In this document: positions 1-13,200 of the stretch, one piece after another
Layout of the letters: every line of letters starts with the position of its first letter
Numbering within the stretch: position 1 is the stretch's first letter
NCBI RefSeq assembly: GCF_000143415.4
Contig: NW_003314379.1
Location: 372,001-436,000, forward strand
Direction of reading: 5' to 3'
Source: Selaginella moellendorffii
Taxonomy: Eukaryota; Plantae; Lycopodiophyta
Length of the DNA: 64,000 bases
Position numbers and translations under genes: made by a program
The notes under the pieces: generated by a model
Told to the model about the DNA's origin: nothing
The model's database searches: none
Seen by the model: the letters and a program-made list of their open reading frames with translations, nothing else

Positions 1-819
1 AGAGTGAACACGGACCGACAAGCGGGGTAGCTTGGTGAAGTGTTCAAGAGCCGGCTCTAGTTCCCCCGGGAGATCGACTGGCCGATGCTCCCAGTCCAAG
101 TGTGGGTGGCACTACCTACTTGGATACCAGGCGTGGCTCAATGGAACCTCGCTCTAAGCCCATGGCTAGAGCACCTAAAGGCGATAGGTGGGGAGAGTAC
201 CCAGGTGGCTCGCGTAAGGCCACGGTGTTCCGAAATGTTGTCCCAAAGGCCCAGGCTGTGGAAAGGAAGGGGAGCAGTCCTCTGGAGCAGTGACCAAGGA
301 TGCAGTCATGTGGTGAGGAAGTCCCAGAGGACCATGGGACTTAGTGGTCGGGCCTGTGGGCCTCGATCCAGTGGCAGTGTTGGCAAACACGGCCAAGGGC
401 AGAAAGGGACTTAGTGGGGACTGACAGAGGGATATTGGGGAAGGCTATTCCCCTTGTCGGTGGGCATCCTAAGGATGCTAAGGAGTGGATCTGAGATGAC
501 CACTCACGGATGGTTTGCCTAGTCTTGGAGAGCCAAGATTGGGATGCAAGTGGTATTGGACTACCAGTGTGGCAAAGGTGATTGGGCATGGCCTTAGCGT
601 AACGGGCTGCCATGTCGGTGGTACCTTTGAGTGTCGGTCATGTGATCGGACACGTGGAGCACTTGGACCAAGTGCAAATGTTGAGTGGCATGGATGCCAT
701 TCTCAGGGCTAGCAAGTCCCAAGTCCTGGATTGGACTTATGGAGGTTGTGAATGAGACTCCTCCAAGTGGTCGGAGGTGTGGTTAAGTGACTAAAGTAGA
801 ATGGAAAATTTAGTCGCTT

Positions 820-1367
820 ACATCCACCTCGGACTCCATATCGGGTCCATCTCGGACTCCACCTCAGACTCCATATCGGGTCCATCTCGGACTCCATCTC
901 GAACTCCATTTTGGGTCCATCTCGGGTCCACCTCGGACTCCACCTCGAGCTCCATATTGGGTCCATCTCGGACTCCATCTCGGGTCCATCTCGGACTCCA
1001 TCTCGGACTCCACCTCGGACTCCATATCGGGTCCATCTCGGACTCCATATCGGGTCCATCTCGGACTCCATTTTGGGTCCATCTCGGGTCCACCTCAGAC
1101 ACTTCCACGTGTCATGTGTTGGTCCTTTTGGGTCCCTTTTTGGAGCCTCGCCTATGGCTCGCTTCGTGCTCACCTCGAGCTCCATATTGGGTCCATCTCG
1201 GACTCCATCTCGGGTCCATCTCGGACTCCACCTCGGACTCCATATCGGGTCCATCTCGGACTCCATTTTGGGTCCATCTCGGGTCCACCTCAGACACTTC
1301 CACGTGTCATGTGTTGGTCCTTTTGGGTCCCTTTTTGGAGCCTCGCCTATGGCTCGCTTCGTGCTCA
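820..1367. repeat. GC-rich minisatellite (11-12-bp units CCATCTCGGACT/CCATCTCGGGT) with a superimposed ~195-bp direct duplication
   Basis: Dozens of ccatctcgg(a/g)(c)t units; block 1066-1171 recurs at 1261-1366; the overlapping ORFs here are repeat translations (WSPRWTR, HLGLH). Confidence 0.9.
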
Positions 1368-1519
1368 TTCCTCGAGCACTTCGTTGGGAGTTCCACTCCC
1401 GCTCTTGACTTTTTCAAGTCGGAGCTTTTGGTCCAAACGTGTTACACTCGTTTGGCTCTCGCTTCGGCCACTACCACGTGGCGCCCTTTCCGGCTCTACT
1501 TTGGGGCCTAGGGATTTTG

Positions 1520-2040
1520 TGTCTCACACTGAGTTTGGACTTCCCGGGAGGTCACCCAGCCTAGTACTATTCAAACCCAAGGACGCTTAACCCCAAATAT
1601 CCCAAGACCCTTAACCGATTGGAAAAGGGGGTGCACTCTTGTTCATAAGCCCTTTCCCTCTATATTTGAACCCCAACAGATCGTCTCTCGAGTCGTTCCC
1701 TTTTGTTGCTTACAATCCACCACGCTTCCCTGCAAGTTCACGCCCTCGTGAACGGAAGCTGAGAGCTGTAGCTCTCCCGAGAGCCCCGTTCTCTTGACAC
1801 CCTACCCCTCGGGTCGAGCCCAGCGGGAGCAAACTGAACCAGCCAGATGTCAATCAACATGTGGTGTGATTCCCCTAGCCAACCAACAGAGTCGGACCTG
1901 AGACCCCTCTGATACCAAATGTAAGCTCCTGAGTTTGGACTTCCCGGGAGGTCACCCAGCCCAGTACTATTCAAACCTAAGAACGCTTAACTCCAACTAT
2001 CCCAAGACCCTTAACCGATTGGAAAAGGGGGTGCACTCTT
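1520..2040 (-). mobile_element. Cassandra-type TRIM (non-autonomous LTR element with 5S rRNA-derived LTRs); 5' LTR truncated
   Basis: Two direct repeats (1530-1640 and 1930-2040) whose reverse complement contains TTAAGCGTCCTTGGG..AGTACTAGGCTGGGTGACCTCCCGGGAAGTCC (5S internal region). tRNA-Met PBS TGGTATCAGAG at 1907-1917 follows an LTR ending TACA; purine tract at 1715-1730 precedes the 3' LTR starting TGTA at 1714. Confidence 0.85.
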
Positions 2041-4310
2041 TGTCATTTTGGTCATGCTTTTGGGGATCCTTTAGCCTACGACACCTCGGGGAGTCGATTC
2101 CTTACATCCTGGTCTTCTTGATTTGTCTTCACAATTTTTTTGGGATGTTCTTGAGTGTCTTGTTTGTAGACTCTACTTGACTATTGCCTTGAGGGTAGTA
2201 CGGTGTTGAAGCCTTGTGCTTGATCATAAATTCTTAAGTTAGAATCTTGATGGTTTCATTGATGAAGTGTGTTCTCAATCTGTGACAAGTTCTCGAAGCA
2301 AGCTATATCTTGTGATGGTATTTTCGTAGATGAACTTTGCTATGTTTTTTGTTATTGCAATTTTCATTAGTTGAGCTTCGGCCCATTTTGTCATATAGTT
2401 AGTTGCTATGAGGATGTGTTTGTTTTGCTTGGAGCTTGTTACTAATGGTCCAATGAAGTCAAGTCCCCATCATTGAAATGGTTCCAGTGGTGTTGTTGGA
2501 TGAAGCTTTTGAATTTGTTTCTAGTGCATCCTTGGTTTGCTGACAAATGTCACATTCTTGATAAAATTTTGCTAAGTCGTGCCATTTTGCTTACAAAATC
2601 TTGTGAGCTGTGATTTCTTTTGTGAAGTGGCCTCTTGCTTGTTTATAATGGGCTTCTTTGAGTAGATCTTGAGTTTTTTCAGTTTGTACATCTTCATAAT
2701 ATGTTGTCTCGTCCTTTTTTGTATAATCTTCCTCCCACAATTGAATATGGATTTGTCCTCAAGACAAATTGTTTACGGTGATTAGAGGTGGAGTATCAAC
2801 TTGGTATTGTTGATGTTGTGAGATAGTAGTAGATGTTATTTGTCTATGTTGGTGATGTGTGCATGTGAAGTATGTTAAAATCAAGAAAGTCATCTATGTT
2901 ATATTTTGATTGTTCACCTGTTGTAATGTGGCTAAGGTGGTCAACTTGTTCATATTATTTGTCTAGTTTGTGAATAATCTCGAAGTTGTATTTTTGAAAT
3001 AGTAAGAACCATTGGGAAATTGTACCCATGAGGATAGTTTTATTGAAGAGGTGTAAAAGTGCTTTGTGGTCACACATGATCTTAACTTTGGTACCGAGTA
3101 GGTAATGTTGAAACTTTTGTAATGCATAAACCATTCTTAAAGCTTCTTTTTCAATGGTGGTGTAGTTCATCTCAGCTGAGTTGAGTCTTTGACTAGCATA
3201 GTAGATTGGTCAGTCTTTGAGATTTTGTTGTTATTGAGAAAGTATTGTTCCAATGGCGTAATCGGAGGCATCAACTTGTGTATTGAAGTCTTTATACCAG
3301 TTTGGTTGGGCAAGTATTGGAGCTCTTGTTAAGGAATTCTTGAGCATGTCAAATGCTTGTTGATAGTCTTGAGTCTAGTTGTAGATATGATTTTTCTTCA
3401 AAAGCTCTGTGAGGGGTTTTGCAATCTTCACATAATCTTTGATGAAGCATCGATGGTATCCCACTTTGTCAAGGAAGGATCGTAGTTTGGTGATGTTTGT
3501 TGGATGTTGTATGTTGATGATGGCAAGTGTCTTGGCTTTGTCGATAAGAATGTCTTCTTTGCAGACAATATGTTCAAGTAGGATGCTTGATTTGATGAAG
3601 AAGGTAGATTTCTCGGGGTTTAAGGCAATGTTGTTCTCTCGACATTTGATTGAGCATTTCTCGAGATGTTGGAGATGTTGTTCTTTGCTACTAAAGATGT
3701 TGAAGTCATCCATAAAACCTCACATGAAGTCAATATCTCGAAATGTGTTAGTGATGATTCTTTGAAAAGTAAATAATGCTTTAGAAATACAAAAAAGCAT
3801 TTGTAGATATAAATAAGCACCCCAAGGACTGATGAAGGCTGTCTTGTGCTGATCTTCAGGTATAATATAAACTTGATTGTAGCCACTAAAGCCATCAAGA
3901 AGTGAATACATTTTGTATCCAACTACTACGTTGAGAATTTCATCAGAGAATAGAATTTAGGAATGTGTTTTTTTGGGTTGCATCATTGAAATTTTTGTAG
4001 TTGACATAAACTTTGAGTTTGCCACTTTTCTTGAGAATAATGACATGTGGTGATAGCCATTCCGGGTTTTAAATTGGGTAGATAAAGCTGGCATTCTCAA
4101 GTTTGTCAAATTCTTCTTTAACTTTCATTTGTATGTTGGGGTTTATTTGATAGGCTGCTTGCTTTCTTGGTATAGTTTGAGGTAGCAATTCAGTGTATGT
4201 AGATCTCAAGAGGAATTCCTCGCAAATCTGTATATGATTAAGTGAAAACATCTTTGCACTTATCAAGAAGATTGATTGCTTTTGTCTTGAAGTCAAGGTC
4301 AAACAAACCT
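2041..4310 (-). mobile_element. Degenerate Ty3/Gypsy pol (RT, RNase H, integrase fragments)
   Basis: ORF fragments LDGFSGYNQV..EDQHKTAF, FMDDF, NYTTIEKEAL..VYALQKFQHYLLG..DHKAL; integrase-like GLDFIGPL region at ~2440-2470; many stops and frameshifts. Confidence 0.9.
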
Positions 4311-5480
4311 AAGTGGAATTAATCCTTCAAATAGTTCCCAAGTACAAACCAAAGCCCCTATTAGTATTCAAGGAAGTGAATGACTATAAAATGCTGGAGG
4401 ATTAATTTTATGATATAGAGGATTACTTCCAAGCATTGCAGTTACTGAGCTCGAAAAGGGTCCCATATGCAAAACCATACTTGGTAGATAATACTATATT
4501 TTAGTGGAGAACAATGGAGGCTAATGAAAAACTGGTGGCCATTTGGGAAATGATGAAAGCAAGGATTTGTGTAACTTATGTTCTTCCAAATGCTACTCTA
4601 CATCTAAGGGATAAGTTGAGTAAGCTGAAGTAGATAAAAACCATTCAAGAGTATAAGAATGCATTCATGGTGAAGAGGATCCCTTCCATGCCTTCATATC
4701 AGATTTGAAGACCTAGGGTCAAGACGAGGTGATGCATTGGAACCTAACCAACTACAAAAAAGTATTGGATATAGCTATTAAGTTGCATTTCAATTATAAC
4801 TTGTGAAAAGGGAATAATAGGGTTAAGGTCCATGTTTAGCAAAGGAGCTAAACCAAGGAGGATATATGGCAACGGGAAATTCAAGAAAAGTTTATCTAAC
4901 AATGAATCCTTAGGGTTTCAGAAAGGCAAATTCAATGGCTAGTGAGCAAGTACGTGGGGGAGTCAAGCGAAAAGGGATAAACCCACTAATAAAAAAGCCA
5001 AGTCTGTTAGTAGCATGGGAAATAACATATGCTTCAACTACGGTGAAGTATGACATTTTTCAAGAGAATGTCCTTACCTAAAAAAGGCCAGAGTCAATGT
5101 GGTCAATAAATTAGGTGAAATCTAAATTAAGGTACATGATATAGTCCTTAGTTTAAAGTTACTCATTACATGAGCAACTTTGGTAAAGAATCGTTCGCAA
5201 CATTTACTAGCCCTCTCAAAGAAGCTTGAATGTAATTTTGTTAAAATTCTTATTAACACAGGTGCTTTAGATAATTTTGTGGCTACAAATATAATCCGGT
5301 AAGCTAAACTAATGGTGTAACAATTGAGTGAACCAAAGACTATAAAGTTTATTTAAGATAACCAAAGCACTAATGAGGTATTTCGACAAGCAAGAGTTGA
5401 AGGAGACATGGGTTTATCCTTGAGGAGTAACATATCCAGAGGGCATGACTCTCCACTTGAGTTCATATGTGAATATGTAA
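4311..5480 (+). mobile_element. Degenerate LTR-retrotransposon gag-protease remnant
   Basis: Zinc knuckle remnant ICFNYGEV*HFSRECP at ~5027-5074; protease-like ILINTGALDNFV at ~5246-5281; mirrored at ~37,200-38,178. Confidence 0.65.
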
Positions 5481-6640
5481 ACAATATAGTAAATAGAAAG
5501 GGGCTAGTGAGAAAATGACTTTAGGATTTTGGGAATATTAAAAGGTTTCCCTCAAAGATGTGATCCATATAAATATTTTACTTAGCAAACTAGCTAATGT
5601 AATTGTAACAAACAACTATAATTGAGATCACAAGAATGATAGAAACTCTTAAACAATAAAGGAGTCATAATATTATTTTTATAAGGATGGTGTTCAAAAA
5701 TTTGAGATTGGAATCGATGACTATATAACAACAAGTACAGATGAGGACATATATCCTTAAAATGGTAGATAAGGCTATTTTTAATAGATTTATTTCTTCT
5801 TTTTTCTACCATACTATTATTTTAAAAGTAATAGGAGTATTTTTATTAATAGTGATAATGGTCTTTACATTCCCAGATGAGTAATAAAGACCAAAAGTGT
5901 AATATGAAATTTTAGTAGTAATTTTTTTTAATATTTTCACATTTCTTTATATTATAATTATTCACAAATTTTTTGTCTCCCTGTCAATTATTGAAATGTC
6001 AAAATATTGAAATATCAAAATGTTGAAAGGTTAATTTATTGAGATGTCAAAATATATAATATAAATTTTCAAGTTTGTAGTGAACTTCAATATTCCCATT
6101 TTTATTTGAGCTAAAAAGTCTCTTTAACTAGAATATTGTGAATGTATATGGGTTTGGACTACTTCGTCAATATTTTATTGTATAAAAAAAATTCTCCTTA
6201 ATAGTATCAAAATATATAAATTTCTCCAAACCATTTTCATAAATTTTAAGTTCACAAAGGATAACATTTTTCTGACATGAAATTTCTTTATAAAACTTAT
6301 AATTAACTATATTTATTTGCATTGATTTGAATTGAATTCAACTCAAACTTGTAAACTTGGCTCAATTTTGGACTATCCCCAATTCCCACATTTAACTCAA
6401 TTTTAGACTATCCCCAATTCCCACATCCCACAGGGCTCACAAGCTACTTTTAAACACTCCAACAAACAAAATTCACCCAAAAAATAACTCACATCAACAT
6501 CTTGGAGTGACATAAACACAATGCTCTACTACTTCCCTACAACATTGTAATGCTGCCTTAAATGAAATAAAACTATCTTTTTACAACATGGAGATCCATG
6601 TAAAAAACTTTTCTTTAGCTAGTAGCTGATCCAAGAATCA

Positions 6641-7639
6641 TCAAGCTCGAAGAACTTCAAGGTCGAATGTTGGATATAAGTTGCTGAAAGGCACGCTGAG
6701 CTCATAAACTGCCATCACCTTGGCTTCCAGGCTGCCATCGTTGGGAACTTGGATCACTTTCACGACCTTGCAATCCTCCTTGACTGCCCAGATGTTCTTC
6801 TGGCAGCTCACACCATGGAACACAGACTTGCTATCGCTGGAAGAAGCGTTCGTCAGCTGGAGTGCCTCCCACGAGTTGTTGCCACTGTCATATCTCTGCA
6901 ACGTGTTGGCATCGTAGATCCGGTTGCCATGCACAATACACCGGCACCCGCGCAATCTAGTCATGTCCGCCACTTCCCAGGAATGATCTTGTGCTGAGAA
7001 AACAAGCGTCTCTCCATTAACAGCGCGCAAGATAACCATCTTGTTACCATCCACGACGAGAGCGTTGCGAAAGGCCATGGTCCCATGCGGTGGCAATGGC
7101 GGGAGGGGATACCATCGGTCCTCCAGCGGATTGTATGTCTCAGCGTCCTGTTCCTGCCGCTCACGGTTGCCACCAACGACGTAGAGCTGACCCTCCATAG
7201 CCGCGGACGCAAAGGAGAATCGAGGACACAGCATTGGCGCTGCGGCGCTCCATCGATTCGTGTGTGAATCGAAGACGCTCAGTGATTTCCCGCCTAATCC
7301 GAGAAGATAGAGCTTGCTGCCGAGGGCCCTGCAATCGAATCCCCCAGCGGCGTAGAAGCCCCGCGGTGGAGGAGGAAGAACCATCCACGCTTTCTTGGAG
7401 CTACTGGGATTGAACGCCATGATCAAAAGCTCGTCCTCTTGCCTGAGGATCACCGTGGCGACAAGCCATTCCTCGTCCAACCCCTGTGCAGCGCGATCAT
7501 CGTAGAACTTGGCGCTGGAGACGAGATCCCTCCACGCTCGGCTCACCTTGCGCATCTGCCCATGAGATGAGAGGGACACTCGCAGGAGGCACTGGTAAGC
7601 GGCATCGCTGTCCAGGCCGGGGATGATTGTCGTCGCCAT
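6641..7639 (-). CDS. F-box/kelch-repeat protein (intronless, 332 aa)
   Basis: N-terminal IIPGLDSDAAYQCLLRV..KVSRAWRDLV (F-box-like); kelch repeats KLYLLG..FDSHTNRW..PMLCPR, LYVVGG..AETYNPLEDRW. Confidence 0.9.
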   Translation of the reverse strand: MATTIIPGLDSDAAYQCLLRVSLSSHGQMRKVSRAWRDLVSSAKFYDDRAAQGLDEEWLVATVILRQEDELLIMAFNPSSSKKAWMVLPPPPRGFYAAGGFDCRALGSKLYLLGLGGKSLSVFDSHTNRWSAAAPMLCPRFSFASAAMEGQLYVVGGNRERQEQDAETYNPLEDRWYPLPPLPPHGTMAFRNALVVDGNKMVILRAVNGETLVFSAQDHSWEVADMTRLRGCRCIVHGNRIYDANTLQRYDSGNNSWEALQLTNASSSDSKSVFHGVSCQKNIWAVKEDCKVVKVIQVPNDGSLEAKVMAVYELSVPFSNLYPTFDLEVLRA

Positions 7640-7689
7640 AGCCCAGCTCTATTTGCCCTAACTCCAGATCCAAGCAGCCCTTTATACGC

Positions 7690-8060
7690 AGAGCAGGGAT
7701 ATGCCCCGGTTGGGCATCTTGACGAGGCAACGTTTCTTTTTCCTTGGCGTCGCTGGCTGAGGAATTTGTCGCTTGCCGGGGCGTAGTCGCTATGATGATC
7801 ACTGCCTCTTCGGGGGCGAGACATGCATCACGACAGCCAGGTCTTCTTTAGGATGCCCCAGTGCGATGACGGTTTAGTCTCTACGTGTTCTACCAACGCC
7901 GCGATGCCCACAATGGGGATATGGAGCAAGGACTGCATTGTTTGGTAGGATACTCATCAAGGACGAGAGAAGCGCCAGATATCTTTAGCATGCATGGAAT
8001 CCCCTCGAGATTCCTTGGAATGCAATCCTTCGAGCAATGTTCTGATGAGGCATAGCGCTA
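7690..8060 (+). pseudogene. PPR-protein gene remnant
   Basis: Homologous to 9560-10200; degenerate PPR-like peptides (ASQVFFRMP, AHNGDMEQ). Confidence 0.55.
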
Positions 8061-8866
8061 CAAGTGAGTGATTCTATCTCAAGCATTGCCTTGTGGACGT
8101 TCTCACCAAGTCTGCAGGGCTGGAGAAGGCTGAGGAGCTCATGCATAGCATGCCAGCCTGGCATCCGAGAGAATAAGATCGGACAAGCAATCTCCCGGAC
8201 CCTTGGCTTCGACCAGCTTTGCCCCTTTCTCCTCAGTCTTCTGCAAGAAACATATGAATCACTAACAATCCCGTAATTGTTTGGAGGTCTTCATTCTCCC
8301 AATTAACCCTCCCAGAGTGCTTCCACGACGAGTTGCCTAGCTCCACCATCGCATATGGCTTGAAAAGGAGATTCAGTAAGCGAGCTTCGGACTGGATAGA
8401 AAGAAATCCATGCACAAGTCCAATGGTGCAGTCTCTGCGAAATAGCACAAAACAAGGTTTTTTCAACACAAAGAGCCTCTTGCAACGCGCAAACAAGAAG
8501 AGCAGAAGAAGTCCACAGGAAAATGAAACAAGAACCTGAAGTGTGTCTGGAAGACATCTGGAACGAGTTTTTCTTCCCACTTGGCAGGCAAGTATCTGGA
8601 CAAGACAAACCATCGATCAACCTGCTTGAATCAAAACAGAGCAAACTCCAAACCAAGATGGCACCTGACAAGAAGTTCATTCCCGCGTTTGCTTCCCACA
8701 CACAGGGCAGTCACAACAAGCTAAGCTGTTTGACATCACAGCACTGCAAGAAAACGATTACAAGCTCGATCACTCACCTGAGCTGGCGGAGCGTCCTGGA
8801 GTGACACACTGCGTTGCCACTTCCCTACAACCCGAATCAAGCTCTAGCGGCCCTGGAGCATTGTAA
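8060..8866 (-). pseudogene. FAN1: Internally deleted FAN1 derivative (5' exons fused to VRR-NUC exons)
   Basis: Near-identical segments of 13,250-13,600 joined directly to segments of 10,260-10,720. Confidence 0.85.
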
Positions 8867-9004
8867 TGCCACCGGCCGCTTCCTCCTCGCTCTCCCAATA
8901 GACCTCAACCGTACGCACACAGAAAAAAACCATTTCATAGAACTTTTCATCTGCAAACACGACATCCTTGTAGATAACTTATTCATCTTTAGCTAGTAGC
9001 TCAT

Positions 9005-9500
9005 CTAAGCTCGAAGAATCTGAACGGCGAAGCTTATGGGATTGACGCCGGATGCTTGGCTTCCAAGCCAGATCAACGTCACAGCCTTGCAATTCGCCGA
9101 GACTGCCCAGATGTTCTTCTGGCAGCTCACAGCGCGGAAGAAAAACTTGTGATCGGTGGAAGAAGCGGTCGTCAGCTGCAGCTCCTCCCATAACTTCTTG
9201 CCTCCAATACAATGATCCGGCCATGTCGTTCCATAGGTGCACAAAGTAGTGGCGCCGGCCAGTCGCCGCTTCCCAGGAAAGATCTTGGGCTGCGAAAACA
9301 AGCGTCTGTCCGGCACCACCGGGCGAGCTCAAGATCACCTGGTTGTGAAAAGATTTCGTTTCCTGCGGTGGAGAACGCAGCATTGGTGCTGCGAAGCTCC
9401 ATCGATTCTTGCGTGCATCGAAGACGCTCACCGAATTGCAAGGAGATAGAGCTTGGGACCCAGAGCCCTGCACTCGAATCCTCCCGTGTTGGGCTCATCC
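9005..9500 (-). pseudogene. Kelch-repeat gene remnant
   Basis: GGFECRALGPKLYLL, SVFDARKNRWSFAAPML and VSCQKNIWAV in different frames; paralogous to 6641-7639. Confidence 0.85.
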
Positions 9501-9559
9501 TGGCGAGCAAGTACCGGCAATGCACATTCTGCTATCACATATGCCCACTTTGGGCATCT

Positions 9560-10200
9560 TGACGAGGCGATCAAGGTTTTCCACTTCTCGGAACATCCTA
9601 TTACGGGTTCTATGCAAAGAAAATCGCGTTGCTGATGCGAGGAAAGCCAGGACGTGGTGACCTGGACGACAATAGTGAGCACATATGCCCCGATTGGGCA
9701 TCATGACGAGGCAAATGCCGCAACGAGCTCTTCGGCCGAGACATGCATCACGCCAGCCAAATCTTCTTTGGGATGCCCCAGTGCGATGATGGGTTAGTCT
9801 CTACGTGTTCTCCCAACGGACTCCATGCCCACAATGGGGATATGGAGCAAGCAACTGCATTGTTCGATAGGATACTCATCAGAGTCGCGGGGGATGTTCT
9901 TTAAGGTGCATGGAATCCCTCGTGATTCATCTCTTTGGAACTCGCATTTCCTGATCCTCCGCCAAGAGGATCTTTAAGATGACGGTGGTGATTCTATCAC
10001 CTCGCGGTCCCGATCGAAGAGCTCTTGAGACGGTGACACTGAGGACTTGGAACTGGCTGTGTGTAGCGCGCAATGGATTCTTCGCAGTCCACAGCGGGAT
10101 GGAATGGCGGAGTTGCTTACCGGTTCTTATGACTTCAAGCAAGGCGGAGCAAGTTGCAGAGGCCTGCGCAGCCGTCTCGGGCCCGGCACTACTCGGAGTA
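9560..10200 (+). pseudogene. PPR-protein gene remnant
   Basis: DVVTWTTIVSTYAPIGH, ASQIFFGMP, AHNGDMEQATALFDRILI motifs; frameshifted. Confidence 0.65.
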
Positions 10201-10206
10201 GCCGAT

Positions 10207-13200
10207 CTAGGATCGATCATTCATCGTCTTGGAGACCTTGCAAAGTTCCACAGGAACATTAGCGTCCGAGAGAATAAGAAACCAGGCCACCTGTTGCTCG
10301 GACAAGCGATCCCCTGGACCCTTGACTTCCGCCAGCTTTGCCTCTTTCTCCTTCCACAGCAGAAGATCAGGCATTCCAGCCGTCCAGTTACTGTGGTCTT
10401 CTGCAAGAAGGTTGCAAATCGCCGACAATCCTGGACCTCCGATACAGACCGTTATCGTTTGAAGGTCTTCAAGCGAGTACTTCTTCCAGTTTACCCCGCT
10501 ACATGATGTCCCGTAGTGCTCTTCCCAAGTCTCCGCCACGAGTTGCCTAGCTCCACCATCGCGTATGGCTTGAAGACGAGATTCAATAAGCGAGCTTCGG
10601 ACTGGATAGAATGAATCCGTGCACAAGTCCAATGGTGCAGTCTGCAAACAAGAACTGTAGAGCAACCACGAGAAAATGAAACAAGAACCTGAAAAGGTGT
10701 CTGGAAGACATCTGGAACGTCTGAAAAGATAACATCCCACATGAGCAGCCCGAACAATGTCAGCCATATGCCACTTTCTGAATGGACTCCTTTCCAGCCG
10801 CCTCCATCTTCTCCGGCATAGTATTGAAGTGCCAGGTCCTCCACACTGCATTGTTGCCCATCGTAGCCATAAAATCTGCTCTTCATTCCATTGGCATTGT
10901 TTAGCGGCCTTCCCATAATCGTCACCTTCAGAAACAGAGTTGTAGCTGAAGGCCAAATATCTGGAAGACACAGTACGTACCACCTTGTGTTTTTTCTTTA
11001 AAAGCGCTGCATATGGAGGTACTTTCCACCTTCTAGGAGGTTTTCCTAGTCGGAGAACCCTCCGTTGCAAAGCGATACGATCCCCTCCTCGGACGTTGAA
11101 ATCGTTTAATCCGTTTTCTGCAACGAGCAGGCTCTCTTCTAAACGCTGTAAGTGCTCCAAGTCAATAGATAGCCGGAGAGTCCAGTATCCTCTCCGTCCA
11201 GGACAATACTGCATGCTAAGGAGCTGCTTGAAGAGGTTTACAGCTTCAGCGTATCTGGTCAAGAGCCAGTTTTAGTTCAAAAGTATTGTCCGCCATTGGT
11301 GAAAGAGCGTACCTGCGTTCTTTCTCCAGAAACGATGCAGCCACAGTACAGATTGTTGCATACACCCATGCAGCCGAAAATCGTGCTAAAAATGGATGCT
11401 TGCTCTCGGTGTGTGCATTGATCAATTCGAGAGTAGTCCTTGCTTTTCGAAAAGAGGAGTTTAGAGCCTCAGAATTACCAGCCTCCAGGGACATGTCAAC
11501 CACCTGAGCCAATTGCAATGCCTGAAAACTTGACGGTCAGACAAATTTTATAACAAAGTAGGAACGGACCTGCTCATACGCCAGAAAGTCCTCTCGAGAA
11601 GCGAAGACTGGCATTGTTCTAGCGCACCTATAGCTTGGATACTTGATCCTTCCAATATCCACAAGAAGAAAAACATGGAACTCCTGCTCACCGTTTAGAA
11701 AGAACAACCTCTGAATAAAAATAAATAAATTGCTCAGCATCAGCAGTGTAACACTTTGGAGAGGATGTCAACTGACCTGTAAACGCCAAAGTAGAACGTC
11801 AACTGTTTCGGCTATTCGAATGCATGGCCCGGTTGCTTCACGAATTAAAGCCGTTAGATTACTGCCGCCAAGTATTTCACGCTTGTATAAAAAACCAATG
11901 ATCACTTGCTACTTACAAATGCAGCGAAATCAATGCATCTCGAGTTGCTGTAATAAGCTGAAGCTTTTTCAAACTTAGCGTAGCACTTTTGATCTGTAAG
12001 CAGGAACAGAAATAAAAACAAGGAAGAAAGTCTTAGAAGTAACTACCATGATTTTGCTGTTCACTGCCAAATCTTTGAGCTCTTGTACAGTCAGATGTTC
12101 AAGCAACTCAGACGAATTGACGTCCGCGTCGAAAACTAAGTAGCGTCTCTCTGTTACAAGGGAGCAAACATATTATGAAGTCCACGATGAAAGAAATTGA
12201 GTACCGACTAACTCATGGACTGCAGAATTTGTGTCACCAATATCTTCATAGAAGATGTTCTGAAGACGGAACCATGGCCCTGCAAAACCACTGTCTCCCT
12301 TGAGTCACAGTTTGTGCGACGGCGTCGAGCTTACCCTTTCGTTGAGCCAATCTTACAAAAAGGCGCTGTCCATCAGACGAGATTGAACGAAATGCCTCGA
12401 GAAGTTCGATCTCGTCTGGAGTAAAGAGATGGAGATCCCGTTCCAATACCACTTGGAGCATGTAGAGAAAATTCTGTTGGTATCGACAGCCGTGGTCTTG
12501 TCCCTTGTCAGCTGCATCCATTAGACAGCTCCATTTGACAGCCAGCACTTTTTCTTCTGAGAGACTTCCAATAGTCCGACTCTGGATCTCACGCAAATCA
12601 AGCTTGAGGCGTGCAGCTTCCGATGTACTCTCGGAGACATATCCCTGAACGCTTTGTGAACAATTGAAAAACGCCCCAGAGATTAGTTACCTGAACATCT
12701 ACCACGGCTTTGTCCATGAGAGGAGACAAATAACGCGAAAGCTCTTTTGGAATATGTCCCAGCGAAAGCCCATCCGCTGTAAGCACCTGGCGCAACGTTG
12801 TTGTCAGCCATGAAACACGTCCATTCAGTCAAGTTTACCTTCACAGCGTATGTATCCATGGGATTTTCTGGTTCCCTTACCAGGTGAACTCGCATCCCAG
12901 CTTGGCACTCGACGTCTCTGTGGTACTTGCGGCCAGCAATCCTTGCCTCCAGGCAGCCATTGTAAAGATCTCTAGTTTCACTGTTGAGCTCTGCCGGAAG
13001 GACGCTGTTGGCCACGTCGGCCATTGTAAAGATCTCTAGTTTCACTGTTGAGCTCTGCCGGAAGGACACGTCGGGCTCCTCAAAGCATTCAAGAGTAGAA
13101 GAAACTTCCGGTTTCGGAGACCCTGCCGCCGTGTTACAGTCGACCCCAGTCTCGAGCGGAGGAGACTGCTGGATTTCTAGTACGCAGTTTCCGCTTTCCT

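Noticed and set aside
1-720. Possible LINE ORF1 fragment (PVQVWVALP)
   Set aside because: A single weak motif with no supporting zinc knuckle, endonuclease or RT; left unannotated
709-1590. Long overlapping ORFs of 158-236 aa
   Set aside because: Translations of a minisatellite
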